From Geosiphon pyriformis uo1 (Eukaryota; Fungi; Glomeromycota): DNA of 64,000 bases. Where the stretch lies: contig JAAOMT010000570.1 of assembly GCA_016748015.1 (NCBI GenBank), positions 252,043 to 316,042 of the forward strand, in the 5' to 3' direction. Numbering within the stretch: the stretch's first letter is position 1; each line of letters opens with the position of its first letter. The translations under genes were made by a program, and so were the position numbers. Below are positions 1-12,269 of this stretch, one piece after another. Below the pieces are notes generated by a model. That model ran no database searches, had not been told where the DNA came from, and saw nothing but the letters and a program-made list of their open reading frames with translations.

Positions 1-2111
1 GGGGATAACAATTGGTGCTGCTAATGCGATTTTCTCTAGACTCTGATATAGCAAATTTGATTGTACAAGGAACAAGACCTCCTCAAAATTTCATGAGTTA
101 GAGCTGCTAATATCCAAGATCATTAATAGTATGAAAACTGGCCTGAGCTTGGAGACTGACTATTTAGTTAACACTTGGGCAGACTTAGACAATAGTAAAG
201 CATTCAAGGTTCAAAGTATGATCGATAGAGACACTAAAATTAAGGATATTGTACATCACATTTTAGTTGTCAAAAAAGGTTACCATAGATCCAAATATCA
301 TGAATTCAGGATTGTCAAAGATGAGTTCATCAGAGCAACTGTGGCAAAGTATATGGAAAATTTTTGCTCAGATAAGAAAAGAATGATAAAAAGCATTCTA
401 GATCAGCCCTTCAGGAAAGTGGTTCTTAATTATTTGATTGTGGATGATAAACTTATCTTGGAGCCTCAGGCCATTAAGTTTTCAGTTAATACTATAATGG
501 AAAGTTGAACAAAAAAGCACTTGGTCTCTGGTGACCTTCTGGCTTGGTGGCTTGACCAATATGCTCCTTTGGATTATGTTGCCGATGATGCATTTTCAGA
601 TGTCATGTGTGATATTAGTCTGGACAAACTTTTGGTGGTTGTCAAGGAATTGCCTGATGACAAGACTGCTGGACTTTTTGGAATTCCCAATGAACTTTAG
701 AAACACAGTAGTTCTCTGGTTCTTAATGGTCTTCTGAGTTTACTCAATAGGTGTTTAAAATCTGGTAGTGTTTCCACACCGTGGAGGGAATCTTGGGTCT
801 CCATAATTCTTAAACCATATGATTGGAAAGGCACTCTCACCAACACTAGGCCAATAGCACTGGTTGAAACCACTTGAAAGATCTTGTCTAAAATTCTTTC
901 AGACAGAATTTTTTTGGCTTACAGTAGGTTTGACATTTTGTGGGGTAACAACTTTTTAGTTTTGAAGGGCACTTCCACACAATCTCCAATTTTTGCTGTT
1001 GGCTCAATTGTTGAAAACACTTTGGAGAAGAATAGAGAGTTGTGGTTAGTTTTTCAGGATATGTACAAAGCTTATGACTCTGTTGGTTGGACTCATTTGT
1101 ATAACAGTCTAGTCAGGATCAAAATGTGCTCCCACTTCATAAATTTTTTTGGTGATATACACAATGGAAGATACAATTGAGTTATGACAGATTTTGGTCT
1201 GTCTAATGGTTATATTGTGCACAATGGTTTGGACCAAGAGGAGATGTTTTCACTACTTTTGTGGCAGATTTTTTGACCCATTGCTCTGTGAGGTCAAAAA
1301 ACATAAACAATTGTATGGTTACAGAATGTGCTTGAACTTCTACACTAAGTCTGGTAGGCCAGATCTGAATAGTGGCAATACTTTATTTTTCGCTGCAGGT
1401 GCCTTTGTTGATGACACAATTTAGATTGGGAACTGCTTGACAGCAATTCAAAATATTTTAAACATAGCTAGTGAGTTTTTTTCTATTAACAACATTTCAA
1501 TTAACAATGATAAGACTGTTGCCATCCCTATCAACCAAGGTGTCCTGAAAGCTAAGTTATTCATTAGTGGATTAAATATTTTGGTGGCCAAGAGGAGTGA
1601 ATCTCATCATTATTTGGGAATTTTTTTGTTTACTAAGAGCTTGTCCAAGCCGAGTCTAGCCAAGACTCATGCCAATATCAGATTTTTTTCAAATGTGGTT
1701 CTGAGGAAAGCAATTATTGAGAAACAATTTTTGTATTTGGTTTTTGCTGTCCTACAGCCAATTGTTTGTTACAGATTTCAATTTAGCTTTGCATCTAAGA
1801 GTGTTTGTGAAAAATGGGACAAGCTGTTGAGAAAGGGTCTTAAGCTTAAAGCAAATTTGCCCAAGGACTTTTCTAGCATAGCACTGTATTATCCCAAGTT
1901 GTATGATCTGAAGCCTTTTGAACAGGTGCTTACTGAAAGTTTGATGGCCAATCTGGTCAACTTTAGCAATGTGGGTGGGACTCTTGGCAGGTTTTTTGAC
2001 CACAAAGTGATGGACTTACAGGTGGCCAGTTGGATGCTCTGGCATCTTTTATGTTTTCTGATTACACTACCTATTAGTCCTTTGAATTGTTTTTTAGCTG
2101 GTGCTATGCAC
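1..2111 (+). mobile_element. LINE-a (non-LTR retrotransposon), ORF2 5' part with RT domain; decayed and interrupted by Gypsy A
   Basis: One broken frame carries RT motifs WKGTLTNTRPIALVE, QDMYKAYDSV, GLDQ, AFVDDT, NNDKT, YLGI. Removing A and one TSD copy joins ...FLAGAMH (2111) to ALTLYNTS (12270) in frame. Confidence 0.92.
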
Positions 2112-2984
2112 TGTTACAGGTAATTATTTCTGTTGTTGAATTGAATAACAAACTCGTAACTTGGTGCTCAAAAGCTATTTTTGTGGATAATGTGTGGAAG
2201 ATGTGGTATCTGAAGGTTTTGGTTGAGTCCTTTGTATAATGGACAGAGATTCAATAAGGTTGATAGTGATTGTATTCTCAAGTTGTTTTCCCAATTTCTT
2301 TCTCAGTGTGGTGGCTGGATTTAGTCTGGCAGTCATGCCCTTCTGGTAAGCTATCCGATAATATATAAAATCCTACCCTTATTTCTGGGTCTTTTACCAA
2401 GCTATCCTTGACATCAATAACTTAGCACTTAATCTTTTAATCAATTAGTATACAACAACAAAATCAAAGAAAGAAAATAAAATAAAATAAAGAAAATAAA
2501 AATAAAGAAAATAAAAAAAATAAGCCAAGACAATTTGGTACATTAGTATCTCATCAATAGCCATGATTAAGAGCTATTGTTCCAGTGTGGTTAAGTATCA
2601 ATTACTATCAACATAAAGTGTTGATAGTGGAGAGTGGATTGAGATATGGAATAATTATTTATTTGATGATTTTGTTTCTTGGCTAAGGATTCTGTGGGAT
2701 CAATTCTGTCTTTTCTGTTTCTAACACTACTGCTATATATACATAATTGGGATTCCTCAATTCCTTGATTCTTCACGACAGGAATCCTAGAATTCCTGGA
2801 ATCCTGCGATTCCTTTGAGAGGAATCCTGGAATTCTGGAATCCTGCAATTCCTCATCGGAAAATCCTGAAATTCCTGGAATCCTGCAATTCCTAAGAAAA
2901 ATTCTGAAATTCCACATTTACTACACTTACTTCTGATTGATTAATAATTATGCTAATATATTTTCTATATTTTTATGAGTAATA
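2112..2984 (-). repeat. 3' LTR of A
   Basis: Near-identical to 11393-12265; termini TGTTAC...GTAATA; PPT adjacent. Confidence 0.95.
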
Positions 2985-3000
2985 TTATTCCCTCCTTTTA
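2985..3000 (-). other. Polypurine tract of A
   Basis: Minus-strand TAAAAGGAGGGAATAA abuts the 3' LTR. Confidence 0.85.
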
Positions 3001-3627
3001 ATATTGAGCTCTATCAAAATCTAACTCATGTAATTCCTCCTCTTGAAGTATTTCCTGAATTTTGTTTTTGAGAATGACTTGTGTTATTTGGGTCTGTAAT
3101 TCTTCAAATTGAACATTGGGGATTTTACCTAATTGATTATTGGTAACCATATCCATTGCTCTGTTGAGCAATATTTCTGGTTTATCCTGAAATGCTGTGT
3201 GTATTTAGTATATGGCTCGGGCTTGTGTAGATAAGTTGTTTTTTCCCACAAAATATTCTAATTGTTGTAGTATTCTTTTGTCGAATAATCACTTTATTTT
3301 ATCCGTATATAGATTCTGGATGTTTACATGTTATCCTAAGTAAAAATAACAATAGTTTCGTGGAAATTGTTGTATCTACCAATTCCAAGTTTCTTTAGTC
3401 AACTCTTGATATAGTGACTCTTTTGTCAATTCTTTTATTGCTAATTTTACTTTTACCATGATTTTGTTCACTGTATTTTCAGTTTTCTTCAGTGTTCTGA
3501 GTTGCACTGTCTTTCTAGTATCTTGATATTGAATGGTTTGTTAATTGATTGTAATCTCCATTTCCTGGTGTTGGATTAATTGAAAGAGTTGTTGTGCTAG
3601 TGTGTGAATGTTGTCTGTAATTTCCAT
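2998..3627 (-). pseudogene. ORF3 of A (~210 codons, unknown function, in-frame stops)
   Basis: Manual translation gives MEITDNIHTLAQQLFQLIQ...QFPRNYCYFYLG*HVNIQ...LFDKRILQQLEYFVGKNN...DRAQY*, which aligns with F 60090-60516. Confidence 0.75.
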
Positions 3628-3681
3628 TTTTCTGATATTTCTTATCATGTCTACCATGTCTTTATATATTCTTTTGATGGA

Positions 3682-5064
3682 TCAATTTAATGTGTTGTTG
3701 TTAATAATAATGATTGGTTCCAGATCTTGTGGAATTTCATCTGGTTGGACTAGTATTCTCTGTACTCCTAATTGTGGAATATTACTGGTAGATGGTAGTG
3801 TAATGTTGTGATATGGTTTCAGTCAATCTCCATGTGCTGTTTTGGTTAAAATTTTGTTATTCAATCTTAATTTGTAAGCTCTATTTCCTAGAATTTTTTC
3901 TATGTGAAATGGTCCATCCCATTTGGGGTCAAATTTTCCACTCCATTGTTTTTCTGCTTTGGTATAATGTAGTAATACTTTGTTTCCGATCTTGAATTCA
4001 ACTGGTTTGTCTGGTAGTTGACTATTGTGTCTTTTTTTCTGTGTTTCTTGTGACTTTTGAATATTATCAGCTGCTCTTCTTTGTTTGTTTTCCAATGTTT
4101 TTATTAAGTCATATGTTCTTTTCAGCAATGTATCTTTGAAATTCTCTTTTGTTATTGGTTCAGTTGGGTATGTGCTGACTTCTATTTTCACTGGTAGTGT
4201 TGCTGTTCTACCATATACTAATTCAAATGGTGTTGCTTGTGTAGTATCTTGCTTTATTGTCCGATAAGCAAATAGTACTGATGGTATCAACAAATTCCAA
4301 TCATTTTGGTTTTCTTGGCTGAGTTTAGCTATTGCTTCACACAATGTTCTGTTGAATCTTTCTACTAATCTGTTGGTTTGTGGATGGTATGGTGATGATA
4401 ATGGTCTCTTGATTCCGAATCTTTGGCTCAATTCTGTTAATGTTTTGTTCACAAAATGAGTTCTTTGGTCTGATAATAATTCTTTTGGACATCTATGTTG
4501 ACAAATCAAATCCTAATGAATGAATTCAGCAATGGATTCTGCATCCGCTTTTTGAATTGCTTTCGCCTCTGGCCATTTAGTGAGATAGTCTATGGCTACC
4601 ACTATGTATCTGTTTCCTCTGCTGGTGATTGTTAATGGTCTGACTAAATCAATTCCAATACAGTCAAATGGTTGTTCTACTTTGATTGGTCTTAATAGTT
4701 CACTGGGTTTTGTTCCTCCTCTTTGCTGACAAGCATCACAATTTTGAACATATTGAATGATGTCTGGGTACATTGATAGCCAATAATATCTCTTTTTGGT
4801 TTTTTCCATGGTTGTTTTTTTGTGAAAATGTCCTGCTGTTGGATTTGAGTGTATGTTGAATAATATTGTCTCTTTTTCTGGCTCTATAATTACTCTGGTT
4901 GGTTGATTTAGATCCTTTCTATTTTTCTGATAAAGTATATTTTGGTGAGTGATAAAATATTTTGATTGTTGTTTAATACTCTTTTGTTCCATTTGAGATA
5001 AATTCTCCTTGAACTGTTAAGTGTTTAGATAATGTTGCAATTGTTGATATTTTTGTATGTTCAT
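3682..5064 (-). pseudogene. Integrase of A (HHCC, DDE, GPY/F)
   Basis: Starts MNIQKYQQLQHYL; motifs GHF...CDACQ, IGIDL, LLSDQ, LVERFNRTL, KWDGPF. Confidence 0.92.
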
Positions 5065-5127
5065 CTTTTATTGTATTTTTCCATTGGTATTGTTCTGGTT
5101 TTATTATATTTTTGGGTTGAAATGTTC

Positions 5128-8100
5128 TTAGATTTGTTTTATTCGTGATAAACTGTCAGCATTTCCATTGTCTTTTCCTTTTTTGTAATGTATAGTATAA
5201 TTGTATGGTGCAAGTGCCATTTTCCATCTTGACTGTCTTTTATCTCCAAATTCTTGTTTTTAGAGTAATATTAATCCCTTGTGATCTGTGTATACTTCAA
5301 ACTTCTGGCTCAAGTATTTTTTCTATTTCATGACGGCCCAGTATATTGCTAAGTGTTTTTGTTCCGGTGTTCCATAGTTTTTTTTGGCTGGTGTTAAATC
5401 TCTACTGGCATATGCTACTGGATGTTTTCTGCCATCTGGTCCTCTCTGAGATAATACTGCTCCCAATGCTTGGCCGGATGCATCGGTGATGATGATGAAT
5501 GGTTTGCTGTAATCTGGATAGATCAGTACTGGAGCTTGGATGAGCTTTTTCCTTAGAATATCAAAAGCTTCTTGTTGACTTTCTGTCTATTCATATTTTG
5601 CATTTTTGTTTTGCAGTTGATTGAATGGCTGTGCTATCTTGGAAAAGTTCTTGATAAAACAACAATAGTAGCTGGTAAATCCCAAGAATGATTTCAGTTC
5701 TGTCATATTGGTCAGCACTGGAAAGTTCTTTACTATTTCTATTTTCTCTGGATCTGTTTTGATGCCGTTTTTGCTAACTATGTGTCCCAAGAATTTGAGT
5801 TCTGTCTTGCCAAAAAAGCACTTTGTCGCATTTAACTTTAGTCTTGCTCTTCTTAGTCTTTTGAATACTTGTTGAAGATGATGAAGATGATCATTGAATG
5901 TCTTCAAGAATACATTGGTGTTGTCCAAGTATACAACTACTGATTTCCACAATAAGTCCGTATAAACGATTTCCATTGGCTGTTGGAAAGTTGCTGGGGC
6001 ATTGGTTAAGCCAAATGGCATCACTTCAAATTCGAAATTTCCTTCTCTAGTAGTAAATGCCATCTTCTCTTTGTCAGCTGAATTCATGGCTACTTGCCAG
6101 TAACCACTGTCCAAATCTAATGTGGAAAACTATTTGTTCCCACTGAAAGCATCAAATAACTCCTGTATTCATGGAGTTGGATAACTGTTTCCACAAGTTA
6201 TACTATTGAGTTTCCTGTAGTCTACACAAAACCAAATTTTTCTATTTTTCTTATGGACGAGTACCACTGGTGACGACCATGGACTTATTAATGGTTGAAT
6301 TAGCCTATTGTCAAGCATTCTGTTTATCTCTTGACGAATGATCTCATGGCTGGCTGGCGGCACTCTGTATGCCCTTTGTTTGATTGGCATTGCATCTCCA
6401 GTCTTGATCTAATGCTGGATGATGTCAGTTTGGCCAAATTCATTTTCACTGGCAAAGATGTTGTTGAAATTGTTGAGTAACATCTTGAGCTGTATACATT
6501 GGAGTGGATCTAAGTTTCCCATGTTTATTTGTTCCAATTGTTTTGGTTGGAGCAAATAACATTTGTCTCATCTATAGATTGTTTGTGATGTGATGTCAAC
6601 ATATCCACAAAGTTGTAGAAAGTCTGGAATGAGGTTTGGTGGTTGGTCTTCTATTTTTGTGGTTAAATATCTGATGGTGGTTCCTTCTGGTATGTTAATG
6701 ACATTGCCAGTGTTGTTGTAGATGGGAATTTTTATGCTGCTATAGCTTTTGGCTGGTATGTGAAGATTGATCAACCCAATCTCTCCTGATTCACAAAGAT
6801 TTGCTTCCACTTCAAAAATCTGTTCTTGCTCCTTTTCCTTCCTTTCTATTGCTAACATGTACTGGCTATATGGTGGAATGGAAATAGCTTGACCAGTTGA
6901 GATAATTTCTCTTTGGCCAACAATTTTTTCTTCCGCCATATTAACTGGTACATCTGCTCTACCCGTTGATCTAAATCCTTGTATTTCTTTTACTGTTATT
7001 CCTAATTCCTTCCTCTTTCCTACTGACACTAACTGAGCTACTCTAATCAGAGGCAGGAATATTGTCTGTGCTATCTTTTTGTTGGGCTCTATTATATAGG
7101 CCTTTTCTGAGTCATTTTGTAGCATGGTGATAATATTTCCTACATATCCTGTGTCAATTATTTCTCCTTTTATATTGATCCCTCTTTTCGCTAAACTACT
7201 TCTAGATGCTAATTGAACCATTGTTGTTGCCGGAATCTCTAGTACTATTTTCAGATCAATGTAGATGTGTGAATGTGGCTCCAATTTGATGGTCTCTTTT
7301 CTTGAATATCTCAGATCAAACCCTACATCAGTATCATGCGCATGTTCTGGCATAATACCTTCCCCATTGTTACTATACCATTTCAACTCTTGTTCCTTGG
7401 AGAGATCTGGTAGTACAATGTATTGTTCATAGTTTAAATTGGAGTTTGAATCTGAGTCTGAATTGTTTTTGTCGTCATTGTCATTTTGAATGAAGCTGGA
7501 ATCAGTGTTTTTGTCATCATCATCAGAGTCTGAATCGCGATTGATCAGTGATTCTGATTCCAATGCACAGCTGCTAATTGGTTCTTTTTCTTCAGGGATC
7601 AAGTAAATCATGCATGGTAATGGATTGTAAATAAGGTCACAATTGTTACAATATTCAAAGTCACTGGGAATTAAACAATGGTGACACAGTCTTGTATTTA
7701 ACTGTACTAGTCATTGTTTTTGTTCTTTTCTAGTGGGTGCCAAGTTTTGGTAGTGTTCATAGAACTCTTTTGGTTCCAGAAAATTTATGACTGGCTCTGT
7801 GTTCCAGTCAAGTTTGATGGGTTCTGGTGGGTTGTTTTTAATTGTCTGGATTTCTTCTGGCAACGTGTCTTCAATTTTGGCAGTTGCCATTCTTCAAATT
7901 TCATTGTTGTCATGTGGACAACTGTCTAATTAATGCATTGCTCTTTGCCAAGCAGCTTCAATTGGTGTCCTCTTTTTAACCCAGTCGCTGATCAAAATCA
8001 TGTATTGACACTCCACATCACATGTTTCTCCATGTCCAAAAATGTCATGCCACATTCTTTTATCTAAAAGAGTCTCTTCACAAGCTAAGCATGGCTGGTT

Positions 8101-11100
8101 GTCTCATTTTCCTACTTGTTTTGGTCTTCCAAAGCATTCAAGGATGCATGGGTGGCAATAAAACCTAGTTGCCGTTGAATATTCCTCATCGTCTCCACAG
8201 CATGCGCCCATTGATAACAATTTTTTGTTACAATTGACACATATAAGCTTAGGTCGACAATAGGTAGATCGTTGTGGTATAGTGTAGGTGTTATAAGTAG
8301 TGGTTTGAGTGGTCTCTTCTTCTTTCCCTTTTCCTTTGTTTTCTTTGTCCTCTTTCCATTTCCAGCTTGAAGTCGGTTTGCTCTTATCATTGTCAGTCCA
8401 TGTTAGGTCATTGGTTGCCCAAGTAAGTTCTTTCTTTTGTTTCTCTTTTCCCTTGTTGTTGTTGTCCCAGAAGAGTATTGGCGGCAGCTCATTGTGCTTT
8501 TTGTTAGTCCACAATACTTGGTAGGCTTCCCACATCGGCTTCGGTTTCTCCTCATCGAAGTCGATCAGTAGTGCCATGTTGTTGGTAGTCTTGAAGTGGC
8601 CACATGTTGCTATTACTCGTGTGTGTCTTCTATTCTGGCTGAGTATTAACTCTTGGGTTGTCCAATCAAGCACAGCATTGGTTTTGGACAGCCAGTCATT
8701 ACCAATTAGGGCTTGATATTAGGTGGTGTCCATTACTAGGACTTTGATGGGTACTATGATGCCGTTAATTTCTATAGGAAAATCATCTATCTTGCCGATA
8801 GGTGTTTTTGTGGCGCCATTAGCAGTAATGATTCTAGCACTAGCAGCTCGATCGACTCGGTGACCTAATTAATTCATGAGCTGTCTTGTGATTATGCTGC
8901 CAGCTGATCCACTATCTAGGATGAGTTTGATGGGATGACTATCAACTCTGGCATCCGTGTACATTGCTGTTATGGGTTTCTCTTTGAGGGTGGCTCCACT
9001 GAATAACGGTATCAGTGTGTTTTCTTCAAGTTCAAAAGGAAAGATGGCTACTAGGGATTCGTCACTAGAGATGGTTGCCAGTGGAATCGTGTTAGTAGGT
9101 ACATGCTGATTGAATTCCATGTTGTTGGATGTGGCGTCTTCTGGGTTAACCAGGAGACTTAAATAGTGTTGGAAATTTGGGTTTTGGACACGACTGGTAT
9201 CCAAATTCCAGGTGCATGATTCTGATGGTGGGTTTAGCAAACTGGGGATCGGTTGGTAAACAACAATCACTGATCTCCAGTTTTAAGTGACTCTGGATCA
9301 AGGGTTGCCTGATGTCATTTGAGCTGGATTCTGGGGTGGTGTTTGAATTAGTTGGGGTTGATAAATAATTTGTGGCTGTGGTTGATATATTACTTGCGGC
9401 TGCGGCTAATAAATTGGAGCTTGATACACTGGAGATTAATAGACTGATGACTGCATCACTGGTAGATAAGCAGGTGGGTTTTAATTTGGGTATGAATTCA
9501 GAGTTGGAACCAGCAATCAGGGTTTCGATATGGATTTCCCAATCATTGGTTATTTAAATGCTGGTAACAGTCAATTTGAATATGTCTTTGTTTACCACAA
9601 TAGTGACAGATATGCATTTCCTGTTGCCACTGTTGATTGGTTGATGAAGATGGACGTGGTTGATTTTGCACACAATTAGAGTCTCCTTAATTATTGCATC
9701 GTTGTGGAGGCTGATAAATGACATGTTTGTCAGCTAAGTATTCTTCCAATTTCTTATTGATTGATTCACTAAACTTTTCCAATTTGGAATCCAATTCAGA
9801 TGGTCCATTCATTACTAGATTAACGGCTTGGATGTGGTTAGCCTCTGACTCAGCGGATTCAAAATCTCTGGCACATGTGACTGCATCTTGAAGAGTGCTT
9901 GGATGCAACAGACATACATGTTGCAAGATGCTGCTGCACAGGTCATGGATAAACTAATTGAGTATTTGTGGTGCTGTGAAATAGTTGGCGTCAATTGCTT
10001 GAATTTGGCATAGGTTTCGATGGAAGCATCCCAGATAAGTGGTGACTGCTTCAATTTCTCCTTGTTTCATAATGGTGAATGCATTGACTAGGCAATTGAT
10101 GCTGTTATTGTTGCTGAAGTATCTTAGGAATTCCGCTTTGAAGGCATTAAAATCTTGTGGTTTATTAATCAAGCTCTGATACCATGAATTGGCAGTATCC
10201 TTGAGAAAGTAGGGAATGGCTTGCATTGCTCGAGCGTCATTCCATCCATTGGCTGCGATGGCCTTTTCTACATCATTCAGCCATATTTGAGCATCATCCT
10301 CTTTACCTGTAAAGTTGTCAAGTTTTGTGATTGGTGCGTAGGTCATTGGATCTAAGTTAGGTGGTTATGGTGGCTGTTGAAGCAGTTGTTGTTGTCCTGG
10401 CTGTTGGGGTAATAGCTGAAGTGGCTGCTGTCTGGGTTTGGCTATGAGATTAATTGGCAGTTGATCAATGACAATTACCGGAGATAAGTTTTGCTGATTA
10501 ATTAATTCGGGATTTTGATTTCTTTGATTTAGCGGCGTTCAAATATTCAGATTTTTGATTTCCGGATTTTCTAACTGTTGCTGAGTTTGAATGTTTGAAG
10601 TTTCAACTTCCGGGTTTTCAGTGATTGGGTGCTGGTAAGTGAATTCTTAATCCTCTGATTCTTTTTCCTCCTTTTCTGATTCTGCTGCTTCCCATGGATC
10701 AGAGATTCTGAAATCTGGTAGAGGTGGTGGTGATCAAAGTCCTGATGAGATTGATGATTGCAAATTAAATCCCTTAAAGTATTCGCCATATGGTCCTAAC
10801 AATTCTGTTTTTCTTTGTTTACTATAGAATGGGAATCATCCAAATACTGATGTCACAGTTGATGGAAATGCATCTGTTAATGATATGTTGATGGCGCTTC
10901 CAGGTGTATAGTAATAAGATGAGTTGCTTGGGGATTCAACTCTGTTTTTCTTCCAAGCAGGGAGCTGTATTTTTCTGGGTGTTACTGCTGGTGTTTGTAA
11001 TTTTCCCTTGCCTTTACTAGCATATGTAATTAGATATCTTTGTTGAGTGTGATGTTCAATTTCTTTGTTGATCTCAGTGATGATAGATGCAAAATTATGA

Positions 11101-11330
11101 TTTGTTGGTAGGTTGGTGTTTTGAATTAATTCCTTATAAAAAGTTTCTCTTGCTGATTCAGTATTCACTGGTGTTCTTAATAAAGAGAAAATCTTTTCAT
11201 TGACATAGAAATTGAAGGCTGATTCGGCGGATATGTGATTGTGGTTTAATCCCAAGTATTGACAATAGTGTTGAAATAAAGATTTTGCAAATCCTAAATG
11301 GTTTGCTCCTATAATTTCTGATTCTGCCAC
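5128..11330 (-). pseudogene. gag-PR-dUTPase-RT-RNaseH polyprotein of A
   Basis: Gag core WLNDVEKAIAANGW, CCHC knuckle at ~9575-9615, PR ILDSGSAGS, RT SPWSSPVVLV/FCVDYRKLN/MPFGLTNAPATF, RH TDASG...NADSLSR. Confidence 0.93.
6960..7360 (-). pseudogene. dUTPase domain of A
   Basis: All five dUTPase motifs are recognisable: DVGFDL, RSSLA, IIDTGYVGNI, KIAQ, GFRSTG. Confidence 0.9.
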
Positions 11331-11374
11331 TTTTGGTTTGGTGTTGTTGGTGCTGGTTCTCTGTAGGATTATAT

Positions 11375-11390
11375 CTCACAGAAAGCACCA
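11375..11390 (-). other. Primer-binding site of A
   Basis: TGGTGCTTTCTGTGAG lies 2 nt inside the 5' LTR end and is complementary to a tRNA 3' ...ACCA end. Confidence 0.85.
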
Positions 11391-11392
11391 AA

Positions 11393-12265
11393 TGTTACAG
11401 GTGATTATTTCTGTTGTTGAATTGAATAACAAACCCATAACTTGGTACTCAAAAGCTATTTTTGTGGATGATGTGTGGAAGGTGTGGTATCTGAAGTTTT
11501 TGGTTGAGTCCTTTGTATAATGGACAGAGATTCAATAAGGTTGATAGTGGTTGTATTCTCAAGTTGTTTTCCCAATTTCTTTCTCAGTGTGGTGGCCGGA
11601 TTTAGTCTGGCAGTCGTGCTCTTCTGGTAAGCTATCCAATAATATATAAAATCCTACCCTTATTTCTGGGTTTTTTACCAGGCTATCTTTGATGTCAATA
11701 ACTCAGCACTTAATCTTTTAATCAATTAGTATACAACAACAAAATCAAAGAAAGAAAAGAAAATAAAATAAAGAAAATAAAAATAAAGAAAATAAAGAAA
11801 ATAAGCCAAGGCAATTTGGTACGTTAGTATCTTATCAATAGCCATGATCAAGAGCTATTGTTCCAGCATGATTAAGTATCAATTACTATCAACATGAAGT
11901 ATTGATAGTGGAGAGTGAATTGAAATATGAAATAATTATTTATTTGATAATTTTGTTTCTTGGCTAAGAATTCTGTGAAATCGATTTTGTTTTTTCTGTT
12001 TTTAACACTACTGCTATATATACATAATTGGGATTCCTCAATTCCTTGATTCTTCATGACAAGAATCCTGGAATTCCTGGAATTCTGCAATTCCTTTGAG
12101 AGGAATCCTGGAATTCTGGAATCCTGCAATTTCTCATCGGGAAATCCTGAAATTCTTGGAATCCTGTAATTCCTGAGAAGAATTCTGGAATTCCATATTT
12201 ACTATGCTTACTTTTAATTGGCTAATAATTATGCTAATATATTTCCTATATTTTTATGAGTAACA
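11393..12265 (-). repeat. 5' LTR of A
   Basis: 873 bp, TGTTAC...GTAACA, followed by the PBS on the minus strand. Confidence 0.95.
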
Positions 12266-12269
12266 GCAT

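Larger units (their letters stand above)
2112..12265 (-). mobile_element. Ty3/Gypsy LTR retrotransposon A, full length, decayed
   Basis: Two 873-bp LTRs, PBS, PPT, gag-PR-dUTPase-RT-RH-IN order, TSD GCAC (2108-2111) / GCAT (12266-12269). Confidence 0.96.

Noticed and set aside
2750-2915. CRISPR-like appearance of the LTR repeat arrays
   Set aside because: No unique spacers, no cas genes, eukaryotic retroelement context.
2591-2917. ORFs within LTRs (also 11872-12129, 28246-28476, 38826-39162, 52079-52324)
   Set aside because: They are translations of repeat arrays or LTR DNA and are not preserved between LTR copies.
5915-5935. RT catalytic motif reading YLDN/YLNN in A, B, E and F
   Set aside because: GAC-GAY contains a CpG, and G>A is the dominant mutation; D reads YLND. 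Best explained as recurrent decay of YLDD, pending a consensus check.
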